From a virus (taxonomy: Duplodnaviria > Caudoviricetes): DNA of 24,208 nucleotides. Each line of letters starts with the position of its first letter. Position 1 is the stretch's first letter. The stretch is taken from the IMG/VR virus record IMGVR_UViG_3300040985_000165, positions 1 to 24,208 of that record; one strand, 5' to 3'. Under the pieces are notes generated by a model. It did not search any database. It worked only from the letters and a program-made list of their open reading frames with translations, and was not told the origin of the DNA. Below, one piece after another: positions 17,476 to 24,208 of this stretch. A program made the position numbers and the translations under genes.

Positions 17476-19551
17476 ATGGAACTGAAGCCCAAAACCCGTG
17501 ACGAGATTGAAAGCATTGTGCAGGCCGCCGTGGATGACGCGGTGTCGTTTGTTGAGGCGGAGATCAGCGAGGACAGGATCAAGGCGCAGCGCTACCTTGA
17601 TGGCCGCGTTGATATTGGCCATGAGGACGGGCGCAGCAAAGTGGTTGCGACGAAAGTTCGGGATGTTGTGCGCGCGACCAAGCCGAGCCTGATGCGCGTT
17701 TTTCTGAGCAGCTCGCGGCCGGTGGAATTCGTACCGCGCACGCCTAACGCCGTGGCGATGTGTGAGCAGGCTACGGAGATGATGCACCATGAGTTTGTCC
17801 GCCTGGGGGGATACCGTGCGCTGAACGACGCTTTCAGCGATGCCATGGTCAAAAAGCAGGGCATCATCAAGGCATATTGGCACACCTACCCAGAGGCCAG
17901 TATTCACACGTTCACCGATCTGTCTGATGAAGAGCTGATGCTGCTGACCTCAGATGACGGCGTTGACGTGCTGGAGCAGTCCACCGAAATGTCGATCACA
18001 GTTGACGAATTTGGCGCGGAGGTTGAAATGCCTGTCCACGCCGTGAAGCTCAGCCGCAGAAAGATGAAAGGCGAGCTGTGCATGGAAAGTGTGCCCCCGG
18101 AGGAATTCTTTGTGAACCGCTCCGCGCGGTCGATGCAGGACGCCTTTGTGGTCGCGCACCGCACTGAAATGCGCGCCGGGGACGTGATCGGCATGGGCTT
18201 TGACCCGCAGGTCATCAACAAGCTTGACGCCTTTGACGGCGGCTCTGAGATGACGGAAACGGAGCAGTTTGAGCGCGACGGATTTAGCCACGACGTTGAC
18301 GAGGATGACCTAGACCCGTCGATGAAAAACGTCAGTATCACAGAGGCATATATGCGCTGTGATGTGGACGGAACGGGCGTTCCAATTCTGCACAAATTTC
18401 TGCTTGGCGGTACGAAATATGAGCTGCTGGATTTTGAACCGTGCGACGAAATACCATTCGCCAAGTTTGAGGTTGACCCAGAGCCGCACAGTTTCTACGG
18501 CCGCAGCCTAGCTGAAATCGTCATGGACGATCAGGACGCCGCAACGTCAATTCTGCGTGGGATCCTGGACAACGTGGCAATGACCAACAATCCGCGAATT
18601 GGGATCGTCGATGGTCAGGTTTCGATCGACGATGTTTTAAACAATGAGATAGGCGCGATTGTGCGGATGCGCCAAGCCGGGGCTGTGCAGGATTTGGCCG
18701 TGCCATTTACCGCTGGTCAGACGCTCGGCGCGCTTAGCTACATGGACACGCTTGTGGAGCAAAAAACAGGGGTGACGCAGAACGTGGCGCTGAACCCGGA
18801 TGCGATGCAAAGCACCACCAAGGCCGCCGTCACCGCAACGGTTGAAGCAGCGGCAGGGCAGATTGAGGTGATGGTGCGCAATCTGGCGGACGGGCTGCGC
18901 GATCTGTTTGGGATCATGCTGCGCCTGATGCACAAGAATGTTGATGAAGAGCAGATGATGCGCCTCAACGGCCAGTTTGTGCCGGTTGACCCGCGCGTCT
19001 GGGACACGTCAATGGACTGCCAGATCAACGTGGGCTTGGGCACAGGCCGCGAAGAAGAGCGTCAGGCAGCTCTGGCGCAGGCGCTTCAAATGCAGACGAT
19101 GGTTTATCAGAATTACGGGCCGATGAACGGCTTGGTCAGCTTGACGAATATCCGCAACACTCTGGCGGACAGCTTAGCGCTGTCTGGCGTCAGAAATGCT
19201 GACCGCTACTTTGCGCCGATCACGCCAGAGATTGAGCAGCAGATGCTCCAGATGCAGCAGCAGGCGCAGGCGCAGCAGGGTCAGCAAGACCCCAACGCGG
19301 CGTTCATCCAAGCTGAGCAAGTCAAAGCGCAGGCCAAGATGGCGAGCGATATGGCGAAGCTGCAACTGGATGCGCAGAAAGCGGTGGCCGAGGATGATCT
19401 GAAACGCGATCAGATGGCGCAAGACCTGATGGTGGATGCGGCGAAAGTCGTGGGCCAGTACGGCACTGCCGTGGACATCGCCAGAGTTAAAGCAGAGCAA
19501 GAAAAGCTGCGCACAGTCGCCGGGATTGCTCAACCTCAACAGGTGCAATAA
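17476..19551 (+). CDS. Portal protein (P22/SU10-like) with Gln-rich C-terminal barrel
   Basis: 691 aa; ESVPPEEFFV, PHSFYGRSLAE, LRGILDNVAMTNNPR and INVGLGTG motifs, C-terminal Q-rich coiled coil; RBS AGAGGA. Confidence 0.9.
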   Translation: MELKPKTRDEIESIVQAAVDDAVSFVEAEISEDRIKAQRYLDGRVDIGHEDGRSKVVATKVRDVVRATKPSLMRVFLSSSRPVEFVPRTPNAVAMCEQATEMMHHEFVRLGGYRALNDAFSDAMVKKQGIIKAYWHTYPEASIHTFTDLSDEELMLLTSDDGVDVLEQSTEMSITVDEFGAEVEMPVHAVKLSRRKMKGELCMESVPPEEFFVNRSARSMQDAFVVAHRTEMRAGDVIGMGFDPQVINKLDAFDGGSEMTETEQFERDGFSHDVDEDDLDPSMKNVSITEAYMRCDVDGTGVPILHKFLLGGTKYELLDFEPCDEIPFAKFEVDPEPHSFYGRSLAEIVMDDQDAATSILRGILDNVAMTNNPRIGIVDGQVSIDDVLNNEIGAIVRMRQAGAVQDLAVPFTAGQTLGALSYMDTLVEQKTGVTQNVALNPDAMQSTTKAAVTATVEAAAGQIEVMVRNLADGLRDLFGIMLRLMHKNVDEEQMMRLNGQFVPVDPRVWDTSMDCQINVGLGTGREEERQAALAQALQMQTMVYQNYGPMNGLVSLTNIRNTLADSLALSGVRNADRYFAPITPEIEQQMLQMQQQAQAQQGQQDPNAAFIQAEQVKAQAKMASDMAKLQLDAQKAVAEDDLKRDQMAQDLMVDAAKVVGQYGTAVDIARVKAEQEKLRTVAGIAQPQQVQ

Positions 19552-19597
19552 CTACTACATGTAGTTTTTCACACCGTTTTTAGACTATATATAGTGT
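19552..19597. promoter_or_regulatory. Tandem palindromic operators resembling NrdR boxes
   Basis: ctACTACATGTAGTtt (19552-19567) and agACTATATATAGTgt (19582-19597): perfect 12-bp palindromes 30 bp apart; recalled NrdR consensus acaCwAtATaTwGtgt. Confidence 0.65.
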
Positions 19598-19609
19598 TTC
19601 TGGTATTAT
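19581..19609 (+). promoter_or_regulatory. Putative sigma70 promoter for the scaffold/capsid operon
   Basis: -35 TAGACT (19581-19586), 17-nt spacer, extended -10 TGgTATTAT (19601-19609), in an AT-rich intergenic gap. Confidence 0.6.
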
Positions 19610-19635
19610 CTTAGCGACTGAAATCGCTAGGATAA
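19606..19635 (+). promoter_or_regulatory. RBS-sequestering hairpin
   Basis: TTATCTTAGCGA-ctgaaa-TCGCTAGGATAA: 12-bp stem with one G-U pair; the 3' arm contains the AGGA RBS of the TTG start at 19639. Confidence 0.65.
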
Positions 19636-19638
19636 ACA

Positions 19639-19884
19639 TTGAAAAACGACATCCGAATTGAGGCAGAGGAAGCCCGCCGCCTAAAAAGCGACACGGCATT
19701 CAAGCATTTCCTTGATCTGGTGCGTGAAAATCAAATCCAAGCGTTCAAGTCCAGCGCCGCCGACGACATCGACGGCCGTGAAGAGGCGCACGCAATGATG
19801 CGTGCCGTCGATTTGATTGAGGTACAGCTCGACGCGGCAATTGCCGCAGAGGTGCTTCTGAAACGTAAAAAAATAAGAGGTTAG
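19639..19884 (+). CDS. Small helical protein between portal and scaffold
   Basis: 81 aa, TTG start with AGGA RBS; a small gene at this position is common in podovirus head modules. Confidence 0.65.
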   Translation: MKNDIRIEAEEARRLKSDTAFKHFLDLVRENQIQAFKSSAADDIDGREEAHAMMRAVDLIEVQLDAAIAAEVLLKRKKIRG

Positions 19885-19888
19885 CACC

Positions 19889-20878
19889 GTGGAAACGACT
19901 GACTTAGACAGTGCTGTTGACAGCATCTTACAAGACCCAGACATAAAGTCTGATGAAACTAATCCAAGCGAAACTGCGGAAATTGAGGTTGAGCCAACTG
20001 ACGACGGTCAGAGCGACGCCCCGGAGGAAACAGCGGAAAGCGAGGATGTTGTCGAAGCGTCCGACGACGCCGATACCGGCGAAGAATTAGACGTTGAAAT
20101 TGATGACGATGATCTAGCAGAGCCAATTGAAACGACCAACCTCATCCCCGTCAAAATTGACGGCAAAGAAGAGCGTTGGACATTGGATCAACTGAAGCAA
20201 TCTGCGGCTGGTCAGGGGTACATCAACAAACGGATGCAGGAAGTTGCTGCGCTTGAAAAGCAATACAAGCAGCAATTCGAAGCATTAGCCCAACAGCAAC
20301 AGCAAGCTCTGGAGCTGTACCAACGTGCGGAAGAAGGCGGTCTGATAGCCCCTGCCCCACCGTCCAAAGAGGATTTCACAGCCGATCCAATTGGCTACAT
20401 GGAAAAGAAATTCGAATTTGACGAGGTCAAGGCGCAGTATGACCGAGATGTCGCGGTGTTACAACAAACGCAGCGTCAGCAAAGCGCGCAAGAACAACAG
20501 CAAGAACAAGCCTATTTGGCGGATCAAGCGGAGCAGCTCAAGCGGCTGATCCCAGAAATTGCGCACCCCGAAAAGGGCGCTCAATTACGTCAACAGCTCA
20601 TCGACACAGGCGTTGAATACGGATTTTCCCCAGAGGAAATTCAAGGCGTCAAGGATAGCAGGCATGTGTTGGCGCTGAACGATGCGCGCAAATATCGGCA
20701 GCTCTTAGCCAAGAAGAAAGCTGCAAAAAAAGAGAAGGGTGAAACCCTCCAACCAGTCCGCGCTGGTGCAAAAAAACGTCCAGAAAATGCTGCGGCTACC
20801 AACCGCAAAAAGGCGCAACAGCGCCTGCAAAAGTCAGGCCGCATCGAAGATGCAATTGACCTGATTATGAACAGCTAG
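19889..20878 (+). CDS. Capsid scaffolding protein
   Basis: GTG start with GAGG RBS; acidic disordered N-terminus, VKIDGKEE..TLDQLK motif, coiled coil, basic C-terminus; directly upstream of the capsid gene. Confidence 0.82.
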   Translation: METTDLDSAVDSILQDPDIKSDETNPSETAEIEVEPTDDGQSDAPEETAESEDVVEASDDADTGEELDVEIDDDDLAEPIETTNLIPVKIDGKEERWTLDQLKQSAAGQGYINKRMQEVAALEKQYKQQFEALAQQQQQALELYQRAEEGGLIAPAPPSKEDFTADPIGYMEKKFEFDEVKAQYDRDVAVLQQTQRQQSAQEQQQEQAYLADQAEQLKRLIPEIAHPEKGAQLRQQLIDTGVEYGFSPEEIQGVKDSRHVLALNDARKYRQLLAKKKAAKKEKGETLQPVRAGAKKRPENAAATNRKKAQQRLQKSGRIEDAIDLIMNS

Positions 20879-20891
20879 AAAGGACGATCCA

Positions 20892-21848
20892 ATGGCTCAG
20901 CCGAGTAACACGTTTGACAGCTATGATGCTGTCGGTCTGAAGGAAGACATTTCCTCGCAGATCACCCAAATTAGCCCCCAGGACACGCCGTTTTACAGCA
21001 AGTCCAAAAGGACTAGCGCCAGCAACACTTTGCACGAATGGCAGACCGATGCGCTAAGAAGCAGCGCGGCCAATTCTCACATTGAAGGTGATGCAACCAC
21101 AGCAGAGGCGCGCACAGCGACCACACGCTTGGGTAACTACACCAACATCTTCAAAAATGCCGTTGTTGTTCCAGACACCGATGAGGGCACAGATAAGCAT
21201 GGCCGAAATCGGGATTTAGCATATCATGTGCTAAAGGTCGGTGTTGAGCAAAAGCTCGATATAGAAAAGGCGATGTTTGCATCCAACGCAAAGGTTGCGG
21301 GTAACTCCACAACTGCGCGTGAAATGGCAGGCGCACCTGCTTGGATAAAAACCAACACTTCCTACGGCGCTAACCAAGGCGCTGACCCAGCGGGCACTGG
21401 CGCGGATACGCGGACAGATGAGACAACTACCCTCATCGCGTTTTCGCAAGCCAGGTTTGACACCGTTATGCAGTCAATTTGGGAAGAAGGCGGAAAGCCT
21501 GACACCGTGTATCTATCTGCATTCCAGATGGATAAAGCCCTCGGCTTCACGGGTAACAATAATCAGCGTTCAGCCGTGCAGGCCGGTGACGAGCGTGTAA
21601 TCAAATCGCTGGCGGTTTACGTCACTCCGTGGGGTTCTATCGAATTCGTGCCATCGCGCGAAAACCGCTCACGGGACGTGTTCGTAATGCAAGACGACAT
21701 GTGGAACGTGGCAGTGCTGCGCCCCACCAAAAACGTCGCCTTGGCGAAAACTGGCGATAATACCACCAGGCAGATCACCACAGAACTCACAATGGTCTGC
21801 AAAAATGAAGCAGCAAGTGGTGGAATTTTCGACAACACCACATCTTAA
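20892..21848 (+). CDS. Major capsid protein (DUF5309/SU10-type HK97 fold)
   Basis: 318 aa; EDIS..I..ISPQDTPF, HEWQTDAL, EG.A, NYTNIF, E.KLDIE and LAKTGD motifs; RBS AAGGA; followed by a terminator. Confidence 0.9.
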   Translation: MAQPSNTFDSYDAVGLKEDISSQITQISPQDTPFYSKSKRTSASNTLHEWQTDALRSSAANSHIEGDATTAEARTATTRLGNYTNIFKNAVVVPDTDEGTDKHGRNRDLAYHVLKVGVEQKLDIEKAMFASNAKVAGNSTTAREMAGAPAWIKTNTSYGANQGADPAGTGADTRTDETTTLIAFSQARFDTVMQSIWEEGGKPDTVYLSAFQMDKALGFTGNNNQRSAVQAGDERVIKSLAVYVTPWGSIEFVPSRENRSRDVFVMQDDMWNVAVLRPTKNVALAKTGDNTTRQITTELTMVCKNEAASGGIFDNTTS

Positions 21849-21854
21849 AACTTA

Positions 21855-21889
21855 GGTGGGGGCGGCTTTGCTGCCCCCTCCCCTTTTTT
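21855..21889 (+). terminator. Rho-independent terminator after the capsid gene
   Basis: GGGGGCGGC-ttt-GCTGCCCCC stem (21858-21878) with a T6 tract at 21884-21889. Confidence 0.8.
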
Positions 21890-21899
21890 GGAGCTTCAG

Positions 21900-22109
21900 A
21901 TGAAAAAAATATTGGTAAACAGGATCAAGATCAAATGCAGCAAGGGCCGCATTGAAAAGGGCGAAACCGTGGTTTTACCCGATGCCGAGGTGCAGGACAT
22001 CATTAACTATCGTGCGGATTCAATCACCGTTTTGGAGGATGTGGCAGAGCCGCAGCCTGCGAAAAAAGAAAAGACACGCAAGGTGACGAATGGCAAGACC
22101 GGCGCATAG
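21900..22109 (+). CDS. Small hypothetical protein with basic C-terminus
   Basis: More likely start is ATG 21900 with a GGAG RBS at 21890-21893; the track start (TTG 21888) lies in the terminator T-tract. Confidence 0.6.
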   Translation: MKKILVNRIKIKCSKGRIEKGETVVLPDAEVQDIINYRADSITVLEDVAEPQPAKKEKTRKVTNGKTGA

Positions 22110-22398
22110 CACAAAGATTGGTCAGCGGCTCAGCCTCGATGGCGATCAGCTTATAGTAAAGCAGACGTTTGACGGCTCGCAGATGCTGAAAGACGCCGCA
22201 AAGGCGCGCGAGCTTAGCCCAAATACCTTTGGCTCTGAACATAAGCTCGCCGGGTTTGTTGATCTGGCGATGGTAAACGAATGGTGCAAGGAGGCAGGCG
22301 TTCAATGGACTGATACGGCTGCCGTCAAAGAGGTCATAAAAAAGAAAATGCTCAGCAATGAATTTGGATCGTTGCGCGTTTGGGAGGGCACTTGGTGA
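22090..22398 (+). CDS. Phage hypothetical protein
   Basis: 102 aa, AAGGTG RBS, overlaps the upstream gene; protein-like composition. Confidence 0.65.
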   Translation: MARPAHSTKIGQRLSLDGDQLIVKQTFDGSQMLKDAAKARELSPNTFGSEHKLAGFVDLAMVNEWCKEAGVQWTDTAAVKEVIKKKMLSNEFGSLRVWEGTW

Positions 22399-22399
22399 C

Positions 22400-22636
22400 A
22401 TGGAATATTCCACTCTCTGGACTGTTGGCCTCACCGCGCTGCTTGGGCTTTTCGGATGGGCTTTGCGCGCCACCTACGCAGAAATCCAGCGCATGCAAAT
22501 TCTGCTGAACAGGACGCGCGAAGAAATACCCCGCGAATATGTCACCAAATCAGAGCTGCGCGACGACATGAGCCGCGTGATTAACCGTCTGGAGGCGCTG
22601 GACGCCAAACTGGACAGAATAATAGAGAACCGCTGA
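22400..22636 (+). CDS. N-terminal TM plus coiled-coil protein (lysis-associated)
   Basis: Start ATG 22400; hydrophobic LWTVGLTALLGLFGWAL followed by a YVTKSEL..RLEALDAKLD heptad region. Confidence 0.65.
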   Translation: MEYSTLWTVGLTALLGLFGWALRATYAEIQRMQILLNRTREEIPREYVTKSELRDDMSRVINRLEALDAKLDRIIENR

Positions 22637-22637
22637 A

Positions 22638-23096
22638 ATGCTCGCCGAGCTTGCCGCCTTTAACGCCGCTTTTGCCACTGTAAAAGCTGCCCTGTCAGCG
22701 GGGCGTGATATTACAGATTGCGCGAAGGGCATCGGCGATATGATCGGTGCGCAAGAAACTCTCCGGGCGCGCGGCGAAAAAAAGCAGAACAGCATTTGGT
22801 CGGCCTTGGCGGGACGGGACACCAACGATTTTGAAGAATTCATGGCGCTGGAGAAAATCAAAACGCAGCGCGCCGAGCTGATCCAGACGCTACAATTATA
22901 CGGCCGTCCTGGTCTGAAAGATGATTTTCTAAAGTTTGAGGCAGACGCGCGGAAAAAGCGCCGTCAGGCTGCGCAAGAGGCAGAGGATCAGCGGGAAAAT
23001 ATCTTAACTTGGGTGCTGTTTGGGGCAGTCGCTATCGCCGCGCTTGGCGGCATTGGCGGCCTGCTTTGGATGGCGCTGTATCTAAGGAGTTTGTGA
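22638..23096 (+). CDS. Coiled-coil protein with C-terminal TM anchor
   Basis: 152 aa; basic patch RKKRR followed by hydrophobic ILTWVLFGAVAIAALGGIGGLLWMALYL. Confidence 0.65.
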   Translation: MLAELAAFNAAFATVKAALSAGRDITDCAKGIGDMIGAQETLRARGEKKQNSIWSALAGRDTNDFEEFMALEKIKTQRAELIQTLQLYGRPGLKDDFLKFEADARKKRRQAAQEAEDQRENILTWVLFGAVAIAALGGIGGLLWMALYLRSL

Positions 23097-23296
23097 TGAA
23101 CATAGCGATGGAACGAGTTTTGGCATGGAAAATCATGCCGCGCCTGATGATGCTAGTTATGACGCTAGTTTATTGGCGAGTAATTGAGTTTGCGATTAGC
23201 CAAGATGAGTTATCAACCCAGCACGCTGCGGTTGTATCGGTCGTCACAGGGGCGATGACAGGTGCTTTTGCCTCCTGGTTGGGGCATGAGAAATGA
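23096..23296 (+). CDS. Small two-TM holin-like membrane protein
   Basis: Start ATG 23096 (TGATG overlap, AAGGAG RBS); 66 aa with two hydrophobic helices. Confidence 0.6.
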   Translation: MNIAMERVLAWKIMPRLMMLVMTLVYWRVIEFAISQDELSTQHAAVVSVVTGAMTGAFASWLGHEK

Positions 23297-23694
23297 GTAT
23301 TGTCAGCGCCCTCATCGGGCCGGTCAGCGGATTGCTCGACAAATTTGTTGAGGACAAAGACCAAAAAGCAGCTCTGGCGCATGAGATTGCCACAATGTCC
23401 GAGCGTCACGCCCAGGAGCTGGCCAAAGGTCAGCTCGCAATAAACGCTGAAGAGGCAAAATCAAGAAACATATTTGTGGCGGGCTGGCGGCCTTTCGTGG
23501 GCTGGTCATGCGGCCTTGCAATGTTCTGGCATTTTCTGGGCTTGCCCCTCACGCTGTTCATCACCGGGTGGCTTGGCCTAGAGCATCCGCCACTGCCAGA
23601 GTTTGACATGGACACGCTGCTGACGGTGCTGCTCGGCATGCTCGGCCTTGGTGGCCTCAGAACTTTTGAAAAGGTGCAGAAGGTGGCCAAATAA
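23293..23694 (+). CDS. Holin, GTA-type 3TM family
   Basis: GWRPFVGW motif, N-terminal amphipathic region, LLGMLGLGGLRTFEK end; close to the endolysin. Confidence 0.85.
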   Translation: MSIVSALIGPVSGLLDKFVEDKDQKAALAHEIATMSERHAQELAKGQLAINAEEAKSRNIFVAGWRPFVGWSCGLAMFWHFLGLPLTLFITGWLGLEHPPLPEFDMDTLLTVLLGMLGLGGLRTFEKVQKVAK

Positions 23695-23783
23695 TGGAAG
23701 TTTGGCAAATGCTTCTGCTTGCGCTTGTTGCGATTAACACGGCCGCGAACTGCTATCGGCTGCTTTTGGAGCTAGACAGATGA
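23694..23783 (+). CDS. 29-aa single-TM peptide (missing from the ORF track)
   Basis: MEVWQMLLLALVAINTAANCYRLLLELDR; coupled by TAATG to the holin and by ATGA to the endolysin. Confidence 0.6.
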   Translation: MEVWQMLLLALVAINTAANCYRLLLELDR

Positions 23784-24208
23784 AACAGAACTTTGACAAT
23801 TGTTTGGCCATGTTGCTGCACCACGAAGGTGGATACGTCGATCATCCAGAGGATCCTGGAGGGGAGACAAATCACGGCGTGACGCGCGCCGTGTATGAGC
23901 AATGGCTCGGCCGTCAGGTCATGGACGGCGAAATGAAAGCCTTGACCCACGCCGACGTAGCTCCGATCTACCGCAAGAATTACGCCGACCGAGTGCGCTT
24001 TGACGATCTGCCCAGTGGGGTGGACTGGAGCTGCTTTGATTGGGCGGTGAATTCCGGGGTGTCACGCAGCGCCAAGGTACTGCAACGCATCGCCGGGGTT
24101 ACAGCCGATGGCGCAATAGGGCCGCAGACGCTGCGCGCCGTTGGCAATGTTGAGCCACGAAAAATCATTGAGGACATGCACCAGGCGCGGCAGGCGTTTT
24201 ACGAGCGG
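23780..24208 (+). CDS. Endolysin, glycoside hydrolase family 108 (3'-truncated; missing from the ORF track)
   Basis: MKQNFDNCLAMLLHHEGGYVDHPEDPGGETNHGVT...FDWAVNSG...LQR..GVTADGAIGPQTL: EGGY/DPGGETN catalytic signature; GGAG RBS; open to the window end. Confidence 0.93.
   Translation, partial: MKQNFDNCLAMLLHHEGGYVDHPEDPGGETNHGVTRAVYEQWLGRQVMDGEMKALTHADVAPIYRKNYADRVRFDDLPSGVDWSCFDWAVNSGVSRSAKVLQRIAGVTADGAIGPQTLRAVGNVEPRKIIEDMHQARQAFYER

Larger units (their letters stand above)
1..24208 (+). mobile_element. Bacteriophage (Caudoviricetes, podovirus-like) morphogenesis and lysis module
   Basis: Co-oriented, tightly packed portal, scaffold, capsid, adaptor, tail-fibre, ejection, holin and endolysin genes. 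No host genes, integrase, tape-measure or sheath gene seen, so free phage versus prophage cannot be decided. Confidence 0.95.

Noticed and set aside
19552-19597. LexA (SOS) box reading of the palindromes
   Set aside because: They match neither CTGT-N8-ACAG nor the alphaproteobacterial GTTC-N7-GTTC; the NrdR consensus fits much better.
19864-19891. A7 run as a programmed frameshift fusing the small gene to the scaffold
   Set aside because: The +1 (scaffold) frame hits TAA immediately and the -1 frame stops within about a dozen codons.
12352-23095. Upstream starts in the track (12352, 12713, 21888, 22358, 23009)
   Set aside because: They cause long overlaps or lie in a terminator; the downstream ATGs (12415, 12785, 21900, 22400, 23096) have an RBS or stop-start coupling.
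23694-23783. Lipoprotein o-spanin reading of TAANC
   Set aside because: Poor lipobox, no basic N-region, and only 9 residues after the Cys.
63-24177. Numerous minus-strand and nested alternative-frame ORFs in the track (e.g. 15777..16403, 17904..18464)
   Set aside because: Shadows of GC-rich plus-strand genes with no recognisable motifs; the plus strand is already fully tiled.
23293-24208. Gene transfer agent cluster
   Set aside because: Only the holin and GH108 are GTA-like; portal, capsid and tail genes are podovirus-type, not the RcGTA siphovirus set.

Overview
This window is the virion-structure and lysis region of a tailed dsDNA phage with P22/SU10-like podovirus architecture. The host is probably a marine Alphaproteobacterium (inferred from GANTC avoidance, a GTA-type holin and a GH108 endolysin). 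All real genes are on the + strand and most are translationally coupled. Order: large probable ejected protein (likely 5'-truncated), head-tail adaptor, a lower-GC mosaic tail-fibre/adhesin cassette, gp10-like tail hub, putative needle, GNAT-like protein, four ejection proteins, portal, small protein, scaffold, major capsid protein, terminator, five membrane proteins including a holin, and a GH108 endolysin running off the 3' end. The most striking signal is the 87-bp portal-to-head-gene spacer (19552-19638). It holds two tandem palindromes matching the host NrdR (dNTP-sensing repressor) box, a sigma70-like promoter under them, and a 12-bp hairpin that hides the next ribosome-binding site. A similar promoter-in-hairpin arrangement occurs at 9101-9149. 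All family calls come from motif recognition by eye; no database search was run.
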